NCBI GenBank assembly: GCA_036381055.1
Contig: DASVDO010000017.1
Coordinates: forward strand, 20,025-84,024
DNA from: Burkholderiales bacterium
GTDB taxonomy: Bacteria > Pseudomonadota > Gammaproteobacteria > Burkholderiales > SG8-39
Reading direction: 5' to 3'
Length of the DNA: 64,000 bases
Below the pieces are notes generated by a model that saw nothing but the letters and a program-made list of their open reading frames with translations, did not search any database and had not been told where the DNA came from. Numbering within the stretch: position 1 is the stretch's first letter; each line of letters begins with the position of its first letter. This document shows positions 9,014-18,868 of this stretch, in pieces. Both the position numbers and the translations under genes were made by a program.

Positions 9014-9773
9014 GCACGCGGGAGATGACCTCGGCGAGCAGGTTCCTGCTGTAGGGCTTGGTGATGTAGCCGTCGGCGCCGAGCCGCAGGCCGGTGCGGA
9101 TGTCGGCGAGCTCGGCCTTCACGGTGAGCAGCACCACCGGCAGCAGCGCGTACTCCGGGCGCGCGCGCAGCTTGCCGAGCACGTCGAAGCCGTCGCCGTC
9201 GGGCAGCATCACGTCGAGCAGCAGCAGGTCGGGGCGGGACTGCTCGCGCAGCGCGCGCGACAGCTCCTTCGACGAGTGCGCCACGCGCACCACGTAGCCG
9301 GCCATCTTCAGGCGCAGCTCCGCGAGCGCCACCTGGTCGGGGTCGTCCTCGACGAGCTGGATCACGGTCTCGCCCGGGCGCTTGCCGAGCGGCGGCAGGT
9401 TGGCGATGCGGTCGTCGGCGAGGTAGCTGCCCTCGCGCACCAGCGTGGCCCCGGCGATGACGCTGCGCTTGGCGAGGTGCAGGCTGTCGACGTCGAGCAG
9501 CGGCGGCAGCGACGGCGGGCGCCGGCCGGTGAAGGTGATGTCGTCCAGCGGCTCGGCGGCGCGGTGGCCGATCAGGCCGAGCTCTTCCAGCTCCTGCAGC
9601 CACTCGTCGATGAGCTGGTCCGGGAAGCGGCGCAGGCGGCTGCGGATCACCTCCGAGTGTCCCTGGAACTCGACCGCGGCGAGGATGCGCTTGTACTCCA
9701 CGGGCACCGAGCCCGTGTCCTTCGCGAACAGCGCCGAGCGTCCGGCAGGCGTCAGAAAATAGGTGCGGTCCAT
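8991..9773 (-). CDS. Response regulator with C-terminal receiver and uncharacterised N-terminal domain
   Basis: LVEDD, LLLLDVMLPDGDG, VVLLT, YITKP in the C-terminal ~120 aa. Confidence 0.8.
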   Translation of the reverse strand: MDRTYFLTPAGRSALFAKDTGSVPVEYKRILAAVEFQGHSEVIRSRLRRFPDQLIDEWLQELEELGLIGHRAAEPLDDITFTGRRPPSLPPLLDVDSLHLAKRSVIAGATLVREGSYLADDRIANLPPLGKRPGETVIQLVEDDPDQVALAELRLKMAGYVVRVAHSSKELSRALREQSRPDLLLLDVMLPDGDGFDVLGKLRARPEYALLPVVLLTVKAELADIRTGLRLGADGYITKPYSRNLLAEVISRVLKQPAAG

Positions 9774-9914
9774 CGCGGCGCGATTGTGTCGCCGCCAAGC
9801 ATAGGCGGCCGTGCACTAGTTCGTAACGCTCGTCAGGGTTTGTTCGGCGACTGTTTCGACGGCCGTATTCCGGGAGCGAACGGGCGCCGGGTGTTTCCGT
9901 GATTAAATTTGCCC

Positions 9915-10943
9915 ATGGCCCACCGCGTCGTTCTCAAGCCGAGCGGCCATGCCTTCGAAGTTCCTGACGGGCAAAGCATTTTGCAGGCCGGCCTGGACGC
10001 CGGATACCAGCTGCCCTACAGCTGCCGCGAGGGGGTGTGCCGCACCTGCCGCGGCACGATCCACGAAGGCAAGGTCGACTACGGCAACGTCCATCCCAAT
10101 TACCTTTCCGAAGCCGACAAGGCGAAGGGCTATGCGCTGCTCTGCCAGGCGAAGCCGCTCAGCGACCTCGTCGTCGAGGTGCACGAATTGCAGGGGCTCG
10201 CGGGCATCCGGCCGCGCAAGATCCCGGCGCGGGTCGAGCGCCTGGAGAAGCCGGCGCCCGACGTGGCGGTGCTCGGCCTGAAGCTGCCGGCGAACGAGCA
10301 GTTCAAGTTCGTCGCCGGCCAGTACATCGACCTGCTGCTCAAGGACAACAAGCGGCGCAGCTACTCGATCGCCAACGCGCCGAAGCCCGAGGGCGTGAAC
10401 GCGCTCGAGCTGCACATCCGGCACACGCCGGGCGGGCTGTTCACCGACCAGGTGTTCGGCAGCCTGAAGGTGCGCGACCTGCTGCGCTTCGAGGGGCCGC
10501 TCGGCACGTTCTACCTGCGCGAGGAGTCCGACAAGCCGATCATCCTGCTCGCGAGCGGCACCGGCTTCGCGCCGATCAAGGCGATCTGCGAATACGCCTT
10601 CGCCAAGGGCATCACGCGGCCGATGACGCTCTACTGGGGCTGCCGCGCGAAGCGCGACCTCTACATGCTCGAGCTGCCGGCCTCCTGGCGCGCGCCCAAC
10701 TTCCGCTTCGTCCCGGTGCTCTCCGAGCCGACCGCCGAATGCGCCTGGGACGGGTGCACCGGCTTCGTGCACCGCGCGGTGATGGCCGACTTCCCCGACC
10801 TCTCGGGGCACCAGGTCTACGCCTGCGGCGCGCCGGTCATGGTCGAATCGGCGCGGCGCGATTTCAGCGAGCAGTGCAAGCTGCCGCCGGAGGAGTTCTA
10901 CGCCGACTCGTTCCTCACCGCGGCGGACCTGGCGGTGAAATGA
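9915..10943 (+). CDS. 2Fe-2S ferredoxin-FAD-NAD(P) reductase (often annotated CDP-6-deoxy-delta-3,4-glucoseen reductase)
   Basis: CREGVCRTC...C plant-type ferredoxin; RSYS; ASGTGFAP; ACGAPVM. Confidence 0.9.
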   Translation: MAHRVVLKPSGHAFEVPDGQSILQAGLDAGYQLPYSCREGVCRTCRGTIHEGKVDYGNVHPNYLSEADKAKGYALLCQAKPLSDLVVEVHELQGLAGIRPRKIPARVERLEKPAPDVAVLGLKLPANEQFKFVAGQYIDLLLKDNKRRSYSIANAPKPEGVNALELHIRHTPGGLFTDQVFGSLKVRDLLRFEGPLGTFYLREESDKPIILLASGTGFAPIKAICEYAFAKGITRPMTLYWGCRAKRDLYMLELPASWRAPNFRFVPVLSEPTAECAWDGCTGFVHRAVMADFPDLSGHQVYACGAPVMVESARRDFSEQCKLPPEEFYADSFLTAADLAVK

Positions 10944-11001
10944 GCCGCCGGGCGGACAATAGCCCGCCGCGGCAAGGTTCGTGCCGCGGCGGCGCGCTGC
11001 G

Positions 11002-11676
11002 CTAGGGCCGCTCGAACGCGACGTCCTTCATCGAGCCGGCGAAGCCGTAGAAGATCTCGTGCACCTTGCTCCAGGAGCGCAGGCCCTTCATGCGCCGGTA
11101 CCAGCGCTCCAGGTTCGGATAGGCGCCGAAGTCGCAGCGGATGAACTCGGCGAGGCTGACGAACGAGGAGCCGAAGTAATCGGCGATGGTGATGGCCGAG
11201 CCGCACAGGTAGTCGTTCTTCGGCCCGATCAGGCTCTCGTCGAGCACCTTCATCCAGCCGCGCGCGCGCTCCCTGGCCCAGGCGAGGGTGCCTTTCTGCA
11301 GCTCCTCCGAGGGCCGCTTGTGGCCGGGGAAGATCTGGGGGTAGACGAGGCCGTAGGCGAGGTCGCGGCAGAGCTGGGTGTTGATCCAGTCCATCGCCTC
11401 GTTCACGCGCGCCCGCGCCTTGAGCTCGCCCGGGTAGGCGGGCGACTGGAAGCGCTCGGCGAGGTACTTGAGGATCGCCGAGCTCTCGGTGAGCCGGAAA
11501 TCGCCGTCCTCGAGCAGCGGCACCAGGCGGTTGGGGTTGAGCGCGGCGTAGGCCGGCTGATAGTGCTCGCCCTTCATCAGGTCGACGAGCTGGAACTCGA
11601 CCGGCAGCCGGTTCTCCTCCGCGAAGAGCATGAGCGGGCGGCTGGTCGTCGATACCGGGTGATAATAGATTTTCAT
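11002..11676 (-). CDS. Glutathione S-transferase family protein
   Basis: ATG after AGGAGGAG; NPNRLVPLL, LTESSAILKYL, ITIADY motifs. Confidence 0.9.
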   Translation of the reverse strand: MKIYYHPVSTTSRPLMLFAEENRLPVEFQLVDLMKGEHYQPAYAALNPNRLVPLLEDGDFRLTESSAILKYLAERFQSPAYPGELKARARVNEAMDWINTQLCRDLAYGLVYPQIFPGHKRPSEELQKGTLAWARERARGWMKVLDESLIGPKNDYLCGSAITIADYFGSSFVSLAEFIRCDFGAYPNLERWYRRMKGLRSWSKVHEIFYGFAGSMKDVAFERP

Positions 11677-11709
11677 GGCGGTCTCCTCCTGCGGGGAAGC
11701 CGATATTAA

Positions 11710-12132
11710 ATGAAGCCGCGCATCACGCTCATCACGCTGGGCGTCGACGACCTGGAGCGCGCCGTGCGCTTCTACCGCGACGGCCTGGGCTGGAATACCG
11801 ACGGCATCGTCGGCACCCAGTTCGCGCACGGCGCGGTGGCCTTCTTCGACCTGGCGGGCGGCCTGCGGCTCGCGCTCTGGCCGCGCCCGAGCCTCGCCCA
11901 CGACGCCGGCCTGCCGGTCTCGGCGGGCGCGCCGACCGACTTTTCCCTCGCGCACAACGTCGCCTCGCGCGCCGAGGTGGACTCGGTCATGGCGACCGCG
12001 CAGAAGGCGGGCGCGCGCATCGTCAAGCGCGCGCAGGACACTTTCTGGGGCGGCTACGCCGGCTATTTCCAGGATCCCGAGGGCCATCTCTGGGAGGTGG
12101 CCTGGAATCCGCAGCTCCTGCCGGCGCAGTGA
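11710..12132 (+). CDS. VOC/glyoxalase family protein
   Basis: ITLITLGVDDLERAVRFY...WGGYAGYFQDPEGHLWEVAWNP. Confidence 0.9.
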   Translation: MKPRITLITLGVDDLERAVRFYRDGLGWNTDGIVGTQFAHGAVAFFDLAGGLRLALWPRPSLAHDAGLPVSAGAPTDFSLAHNVASRAEVDSVMATAQKAGARIVKRAQDTFWGGYAGYFQDPEGHLWEVAWNPQLLPAQ

Positions 12133-12842
12133 GGCGCTGCCTGGCGCTTGCGGCGCTCGTCGCGTCGGCGGCAGCGCACGCCGACCATCCCCTGATCACC
12201 GAGGACACCGGCGTGCTCGGCGCCGGCGTGTGGCAAATCGAGCTGCACGGCGAGCGCGTGCGGGACGGCGGCGCGCGCCGCACGCACCTCGGCGCGACGC
12301 TCGGCCGCGGCGTGACCGAGCGCCTCGACCTGCAGCTCGACCTACCTTACGAGCGGCTCGAGCACGAGTCGGGGCTGCAGGACGTCTCCCTCGCGACGAA
12401 GTGGCGCTTCTTCCAGCGCGGCGGCACCAGCGCGATGCTCAAGCCGGAGCTCTCGCTGCCGACCGGCCGCGAGCAGGACGGCCTCGGCGCGGGGCGCGTC
12501 GGCTGGAGCGCGGGCGCGGCGCTCGCGCAGCAATGGCGCAGCTTCGAGCTGATCGGCCACCTGCGCTACACCGCGAACCGCAACCGCGTCGGCGAGCGCG
12601 AGGCGCTGCGCCATGCCTCGGCGGCGCTCGTCTGGAGCGCGGCCGAGCGCTTGCGGCTCGTGCTCGACTACGCGCGCGACACGAGCCCGGACCCGGCGCG
12701 CTCGGCGCCCGAGCGCACCCTCGTGCTCGGTGCGCTGTTCGCGCTGTCGGACACGGCCGAGCTCGGCATCGGCCAGGCGCAGGGGCGCAGCGCGAGCGCC
12801 GAGGACCGCAGCCTGCGCGCCGGCGTCAAGCTGCGCTGGTAG
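12129..12842 (+). CDS. Outer-membrane beta-barrel / transporter family protein
   Basis: GTGA overlap; signal peptide; HPLITEDTG, DVSLATKWRF, LSLPTG; ends in W. Confidence 0.65.
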   Translation: MRRCLALAALVASAAAHADHPLITEDTGVLGAGVWQIELHGERVRDGGARRTHLGATLGRGVTERLDLQLDLPYERLEHESGLQDVSLATKWRFFQRGGTSAMLKPELSLPTGREQDGLGAGRVGWSAGAALAQQWRSFELIGHLRYTANRNRVGEREALRHASAALVWSAAERLRLVLDYARDTSPDPARSAPERTLVLGALFALSDTAELGIGQAQGRSASAEDRSLRAGVKLRW

Positions 12843-12845
12843 CGC

Positions 12846-13346
12846 CTAGGGCAGCTCGTAGCGCACGCGCAGCAGCACGAAGTTGATTCCCGGGTTGGGA
12901 TCGCGGATGCCGCCGTTCGACAGGTGCTGCAGCCGCAGGCCGATGTCGTAGCGGCCGTGCAGGAAGCCGACGCCGATGTGGTCGCCGAACTGGAAGCGCG
13001 TGCTGGTCTCGCGGTTGCGCTGGAACTCCAGGTTGGACACGGCGTGGAAGCCGATCGCCGCCTCGAAGTAGGGCGAGCCCGCCGAGCGCTCGAAGCGGAA
13101 GACCGGCGTCAGGCCGAGGTCGTAGACCGTGTCCTCGCCGTTGTACCAGCCGCCCAGCGTCAGGTCGATGTAGTGCGCGATGCGCCAGCTCGAGCCCTCG
13201 AACCATTTCGTGTGGCCCCGCCATTGCAGGCCGACGCGCAGCAGGTCGGTCTGCCCGTTGCCGCGCCCGGCCTCGAGCGACACGCCGTCGAGCGCGGCCG
13301 CAGTGCACGGCGCCGCGAGCAGCGCGATGAGCAGGAATCGTTTCAT
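12846..13346 (-). CDS. pagL: Lipid A 3-O-deacylase PagL (acyloxyacyl hydrolase)
   Basis: Signal peptide; LGLTPVFR, FQFGDHIG, QHLSNGGI..PNPGIN catalytic His/Ser motif. Confidence 0.85.
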   Translation of the reverse strand: MKRFLLIALLAAPCTAAALDGVSLEAGRGNGQTDLLRVGLQWRGHTKWFEGSSWRIAHYIDLTLGGWYNGEDTVYDLGLTPVFRFERSAGSPYFEAAIGFHAVSNLEFQRNRETSTRFQFGDHIGVGFLHGRYDIGLRLQHLSNGGIRDPNPGINFVLLRVRYELP

Positions 13347-13378
13347 GGGGAGCTCGGCGGCGCCATTTATCATAGGGC

Positions 13379-15031
<1,653 letters not shown>

Positions 15032-15034
<3 letters not shown>

Positions 15035-15055
15035 TTCGGGGACGGAGCCCGAACT
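15032..15055 (+). repeat. REP-like hairpin repeat, left end of module 1
   Basis: TAATTCGGGGACGGAGCCCGAACT; internal hairpin TTCGGG/CCCGAA; exact reverse complement of 15457-15480; begins with ettA stop TAA. Confidence 0.9.
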
Positions 15056-15078
15056 CCGAACGCTGAGTCAGTCCTTCT

Positions 15079-15396
15079 GTGCGCATCTGGTATCCACTAG
15101 CTTTCGTTGCCGGCGGCACAATCGGGGCTGCGGCGCTGTCTTTTTTGGCGCAGGAACAATTCGAAGTACTCGTCTTCGTCTCGTTCTTTGCCGCAATCCT
15201 GCTTGGATGGGTGACCTTGTTTGAAAACCGGGCAGTGCGGTATGCAGGACTTTTCAGCAGGTGGGGGCTCTTTCGGCCGGTCTGGCGGCAATGGCTATCG
15301 CCTGCTCGTCCATCATGGTCCATCGTCGCGCTTTTGTTTGTTGTCGGTCTCGTCGGGGGAGGGTGCGTTCGTATCCTTCTGCTATCTGAGATCTAA
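15079..15396 (+). CDS. Orphan hydrophobic protein, gene-cassette-like cargo (may be 5'-truncated)
   Basis: 105-aa ORF with about three hydrophobic segments; ~57% GC by hand count over 15061-15420; stop TAA lies inside ATCTAAC. Confidence 0.55.
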   Translation: MRIWYPLAFVAGGTIGAAALSFLAQEQFEVLVFVSFFAAILLGWVTLFENRAVRYAGLFSRWGLFRPVWRQWLSPARPSWSIVALLFVVGLVGGGCVRILLLSEI

Positions 15397-15456
15397 CAGG
15401 GCGTTGGTACGGACACGCGGCGAGCCGACAAGTCGATTCAGGCGACGTACCGCGGA
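15391..15456 (+). other. Truncated integron attC-like site
   Basis: RYYYAAC inverse core ATCTAAC, 5-nt spacer, GTTGGTACGGAC left arm, inner stem CGCGG/CCGCG; no GTTRRRY core because the REP begins at 15457. Confidence 0.5.
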
Positions 15457-15480
15457 AGTTCGGGCTCCGTCCCCGAATTA
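15457..15480 (-). repeat. REP-like hairpin repeat, right end of module 1
   Basis: AGTTCGGGCTCCGTCCCCGAATTA, perfect 24-bp inverse of 15032-15055; contains the cls stop TAA. Confidence 0.9.
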
Positions 15481-16887
15481 GAGGTAGGGGGCGAAGAGGC
15501 GCGCGACGCCGTCGCGCAGGCGCACGGGAAGGCTGCGCTGGGTGTCGTCGGCGAGGGTGTAGCGGCGGGCGCCGGCGATGCGCGCCTGCACCAGGCCCTC
15601 GAGATGCGCGCCGAGCTCGACGCTGTAGCACTCGACGTCGAGCTCGAAGTTGAGCCGCAGGCTGCGCGCGTCCCAGTTCGCCGAGCCGAGCAGCGTCCAG
15701 GCGCCGTCGACCACCATCAGCTTGGAATGGTCGAACGGGCCCGGCCGCAGCCAGACGCGGCAGCCGCGCTCGAGCACCTGCCAGATCTGGCCGAACGCCG
15801 CCCAGTGCACGTGCGGCAGGTCGCTCTTCTCGGGCAGCACGATGTCGACCTCGACGCCGCGCAGCGCCGCCGCGTCGAGCGCGGTGATCAGCGACTGGTC
15901 GGGCAGGAAGTAGGGCGTCATGATCTTCACGGAGCGCTGCGCGGCGCTCAGGCCGCCGATGATCACCCAGCGCAGGCGCTCGAAGCTCTCGTCGGGGCCC
16001 GCCTCGATGCCGCGCGCCAGGATCTCGCCCGCCGGCGCGAGCCGCGGGAACCACTTCTCGCCGCGCAGCGCCACCCCGGTGGTGAAGTGCCAGTCGTCGG
16101 CGAACACTTCCATGAGCTGCGCGAGCACCGGGCCGCGCAGGCGGAAATGCAGGTCGCGGTAGGCTTCCTCCGGGGCCTCGGGCCGCCAGTAGCGGCAGTC
16201 GACGTTGATGCCGCCGGTGAACCCTTCGACGCCGTCGACCACCAGAATCTTGCGATGGTTGCGCAAATTGAGCGCGTGCAGCCGCGCCGGCAGGAGCGGC
16301 GGATTGAACACCGCCACGTCGACCCCGGCGCGGCGCAGCGGCTTCACCGCGCTCGAGCGGGAAAAGCGCGCGTCGACATCGTCGATCAGCACGTGCACCT
16401 CGGCGCCGCGCCGCGCCGCCGCGGCGAGCGCCTCGACGAACTGCGCGCCGACGCCGTCGCCGTCGAAGATGTACGACGACATGGCGATCGAGCGCTGCGC
16501 GCGCCCGATCGCCTCGAGCATCGCCGGGAAGGCGTGCGCGCCGTCGATCAACGCCTCGACCTGGTTGCCGGGCGTGAGCGGGCGCCCCACCACCTGGCCC
16601 ACCAGGCGCGCGAGCGGCGTGAAGTGCCTGCCCGGCTCGCTCGACGGGAACTGCGCCTCGGTGCGATGGCGCACCATGCGGCGGCGCAGCCGCGTGGCGC
16701 GGCGCTCCACGCGGTTGACGCCGATGGTGAGATAGAGCAGCGCGCCGATCGCCGGCAGCAGCCAGACGACCGCGAGCCACAGGGTGGCCGAGCGGCTTTC
16801 GCGCTTGTAGAGCACGGCGTGCGCCGAAGCGACCACCGCGGCGACGAGCACGGCCGCCGCGAAGGCCAGGTCGACGACATCGCGCAT
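15478..16887 (-). CDS. cls: Cardiolipin synthase (phospholipase D family)
   Basis: N-terminal PLDc_N TM hairpin (WLAVVWLLPAIG); two HKD motifs NHRKILVVD and DHSKLMVVD. Confidence 0.9.
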   Translation of the reverse strand: MRDVVDLAFAAAVLVAAVVASAHAVLYKRESRSATLWLAVVWLLPAIGALLYLTIGVNRVERRATRLRRRMVRHRTEAQFPSSEPGRHFTPLARLVGQVVGRPLTPGNQVEALIDGAHAFPAMLEAIGRAQRSIAMSSYIFDGDGVGAQFVEALAAAARRGAEVHVLIDDVDARFSRSSAVKPLRRAGVDVAVFNPPLLPARLHALNLRNHRKILVVDGVEGFTGGINVDCRYWRPEAPEEAYRDLHFRLRGPVLAQLMEVFADDWHFTTGVALRGEKWFPRLAPAGEILARGIEAGPDESFERLRWVIIGGLSAAQRSVKIMTPYFLPDQSLITALDAAALRGVEVDIVLPEKSDLPHVHWAAFGQIWQVLERGCRVWLRPGPFDHSKLMVVDGAWTLLGSANWDARSLRLNFELDVECYSVELGAHLEGLVQARIAGARRYTLADDTQRSLPVRLRDGVARLFAPYL

Positions 16888-16905
16888 GCAGGCGCGAGCA
16901 TGCCT

Positions 16906-16932
16906 GAACTCGGCGCGCCGCGGCGGGTCTTG
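16906..16932 (+). promoter_or_regulatory. Possible sigmaE/AlgU-type promoter
   Basis: GAACTC-N16-TCTTG, an imperfect match to GAACTT-N16-TCTnA, 5 nt before the GTG start. Confidence 0.25.
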
Positions 16933-16937
16933 TTTAC

Positions 16938-17975
16938 GTGCGCGCCATCACCCTGCAGCCGCGCAGCGCCGGCTCGCTGCGCCTGGAAGACATCCCCGAG
17001 CCCGCGGGCGCTGGCAGCCTGCGCGTTCGGGGGCTCGCGGTGGGCGTGTGCGGCACCGACCGCGAGCTGATCGAAGGCGAGCACGGCGAGGCGCCGGCCG
17101 GCCGCAGCCGCCTGGTGATCGGGCACGAGTCGCTCGGCCGGGTGCTGGAAGCGCCGGCCGGGAGCGGCTTCTCGCCGGGCGACATGGTGGTCGGCGTGGT
17201 GCGCCATCCCGACCCGGTGCCGTGCGCGAGCTGCGCGCTCGGCGAATGGGACATGTGCCGCAACGGCCTGTACACCGAGCGCGGCATCAAGCAGGCCGAC
17301 GGCTTCTGCGCCGAGGTGTGGACCACGGCGCCCGGGTTCGCGGTGCGCGTGAGCGGCTCGCTCGGCCTCGCCGCCGTGCTGCTCGAGCCGGCGAGCGTGC
17401 TCGCCAAGGCCTGGGCCCATGTCGACAGCATCGCCGCGCGCACCGCGTGGCGCCCGCGGCGCGCGCTCGTCACCGGCGCCGGGCCGGTCGGGCTGCTCGC
17501 CGCGCTGCTCGGCACGCAGCGCGGCCTGGAGGTGCACGTCTACGACCGCCACGACGCCGGCCCCAAGCCGCGCCTCGTACGCGCCCTCGGCGCGCGCTAC
17601 CACACGGAGTTCCCGAGCCTCGAGTTCGACGTCGCCCTGGAATGCACCGGCGCGGCGAAGGTGGTGCGCGACGCCGTCCTGTCGGCCGCGCCGGGCGGCA
17701 TCGTCTGCCTCACCGGCCTGGGCGGCGTGAAGCACCGGGCGACGTTCGATGCCGCGACGCTCAACGACGCGCTGGTCATGGAGAATCGCGTCGTGTTCGG
17801 CAGCGTCAACGCCAACCTGCGCCACTACCGCGCCGCCGCCGAGGCGCTCGCCGCGGCCGACCGCGCCTGGCTCGACGGTCTGATCACACGCAAGGTGCCG
17901 CTCGCACGCTGGCGCGAAGCTTACGAGAAGCGTCCCGACGACGTGAAGGCGGTGCTGGTCTTCGACGAATCATGA
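16938..17975 (+). CDS. Zn-dependent glucose 1-dehydrogenase-like (MDR family)
   Basis: GVCGTD, GHESLG, CASC...DMC structural Zn, GAGPVG, GSVNANLRHY. Confidence 0.85.
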   Translation: MRAITLQPRSAGSLRLEDIPEPAGAGSLRVRGLAVGVCGTDRELIEGEHGEAPAGRSRLVIGHESLGRVLEAPAGSGFSPGDMVVGVVRHPDPVPCASCALGEWDMCRNGLYTERGIKQADGFCAEVWTTAPGFAVRVSGSLGLAAVLLEPASVLAKAWAHVDSIAARTAWRPRRALVTGAGPVGLLAALLGTQRGLEVHVYDRHDAGPKPRLVRALGARYHTEFPSLEFDVALECTGAAKVVRDAVLSAAPGGIVCLTGLGGVKHRATFDAATLNDALVMENRVVFGSVNANLRHYRAAAEALAAADRAWLDGLITRKVPLARWREAYEKRPDDVKAVLVFDES

Positions 17976-18292
17976 GCGTCGCGTATGCGGTGAAGGAGCC
18001 GAAGCGCGCCGAAGTGGACGCGCTCGCCGGCCCGGCGCTTCTCGAGTTCGGCAGTCCGGGGTGCGGCTATTGCCGTCGCGCAGAACCGCTGATCGACGCA
18101 GCGATGGCTCGACATCCCCGAGTACGTCACCTCAGGATCGCCGACGCGAGCGGCCGGCGCCTGGGCCGCTCGTTCGGCGTCAAGCTGTGGCCGACGCTGG
18201 TTTTCCTGGCCGACGGCCGCGAGGCGGCGCGCCTGGTTCGCCCGACCGACGCCGGCGCGATCGCCGAATTGCTCGCTACAATCGACCCCTGA
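17972..18292 (+). CDS. Thioredoxin family protein
   Basis: ATGA overlap; CGYC active site; VKLWPTLVF cis-Pro motif. Confidence 0.85.
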   Translation: MSVAYAVKEPKRAEVDALAGPALLEFGSPGCGYCRRAEPLIDAAMARHPRVRHLRIADASGRRLGRSFGVKLWPTLVFLADGREAARLVRPTDAGAIAELLATIDP

Positions 18293-18294
18293 CC

Positions 18295-18531
18295 ATGGAC
18301 ATCACCATCACCTACTGCGGCGCCTGAAACTACCTGCCTCGGGCTGCCAGTCTGGCGGCCACACTTAAGGAGGCGCTCGGCGTCGAGCCGCGGCTCGTCA
18401 GGGGCGGGGGCGGCATCTTCGACGTCTCGGTGGACGGCGCGCTCCTCTTCTCCAAGCATCGCGACGGCGCCTTCCCCGCCGAGGAGGCGGTGGTGGCGCG
18501 GCTCAGGGAAAAGGCGGGCAGGCAAGGCTAG
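18295..18531 (+). CDS. SelW/SelT/SelH (Rdx family) selenoprotein, UGA at codon 11 read as Sec
   Basis: MDITITYCGA-U-NYLPRAASLAA...GGGGIFDVSVDG.LLFSK..DG.FP; the frame continues past TGA (18325-18327) with an intact Rdx fold to TAG 18531. Confidence 0.9.
18342..18360 (+). promoter_or_regulatory. Bacterial SECIS element
   Basis: GGCUGCCA-GUC-UGGCGGCC hairpin starting 14 nt after UGA; apical CAGUCUG resembles the fdhF-type SECIS apex. Confidence 0.7.
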
Positions 18532-18722
18532 CGGGGCGACGTCGCGCGGTACTGCGCTTCCAGCAGCCCGGCGAGATCGACGCCCATGAAGCGCGTGCCC
18601 GGCTTGAATCGGGCGCCCGGCGCCACCTGGATGCGACCGCTTTCGAGATAGGTTTCCGCCGGCTCGACGCAAACCCACGTCCCGTCGGGCTGGCGCACGA
18701 AGTCTTTTATGAACTCGCCCAT
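18528..18722 (-). CDS. Small hypothetical protein (64 aa)
   Basis: ATG start, plausible codon use, converges on the Rdx gene with a 4-nt overlap. Confidence 0.6.
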   Translation of the reverse strand: MGEFIKDFVRQPDGTWVCVEPAETYLESGRIQVAPGARFKPGTRFMGVDLAGLLEAQYRATSPR

Positions 18723-18752
18723 GGCGCGGTCCGTGAGGGCGCGGTCCGTGAG
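18723..18752. repeat. 15-bp tandem duplication
   Basis: GGCGCGGTCCGTGAG x2, directly upstream of the 18722 ATG. Confidence 0.85.
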
Positions 18753-18804
18753 CGGGGCGGAGGATCGATACGGAGATGGCGGCTTTCAAGCCCCGTTTCA
18801 AGCC

Positions 18805-18832
18805 CTTGAAAGGGGGCGCGCCGACCCCAGAT
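18805..18832 (+). promoter_or_regulatory. Sigma32 (RpoH) promoter of hsp20
   Basis: CTTGAAA-N13-CCCCAGAT matches the RpoH consensus, upstream of a small heat-shock gene. Confidence 0.75.
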
Positions 18833-18868
18833 CGGACGTCGAACAAACCTTGCAATGGAGGCTACGCT

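Noticed and set aside
9915-10943. O-antigen dideoxysugar role implied by the usual 'glucoseen reductase' label
   Set aside because: No rfb/asc genes nearby; treated as a generic ferredoxin-NAD(P) reductase.
18061-18327. 88-aa ORF ending MDITITYCGA*
   Set aside because: Artefact of treating the Sec UGA as a stop; the real gene starts at 18295 and reads through.
18723-18752. 15-bp tandem duplication as a regulatory or mobile signal
   Set aside because: Two copies only with no other occurrence seen; most simply slippage. Listed as a feature only.
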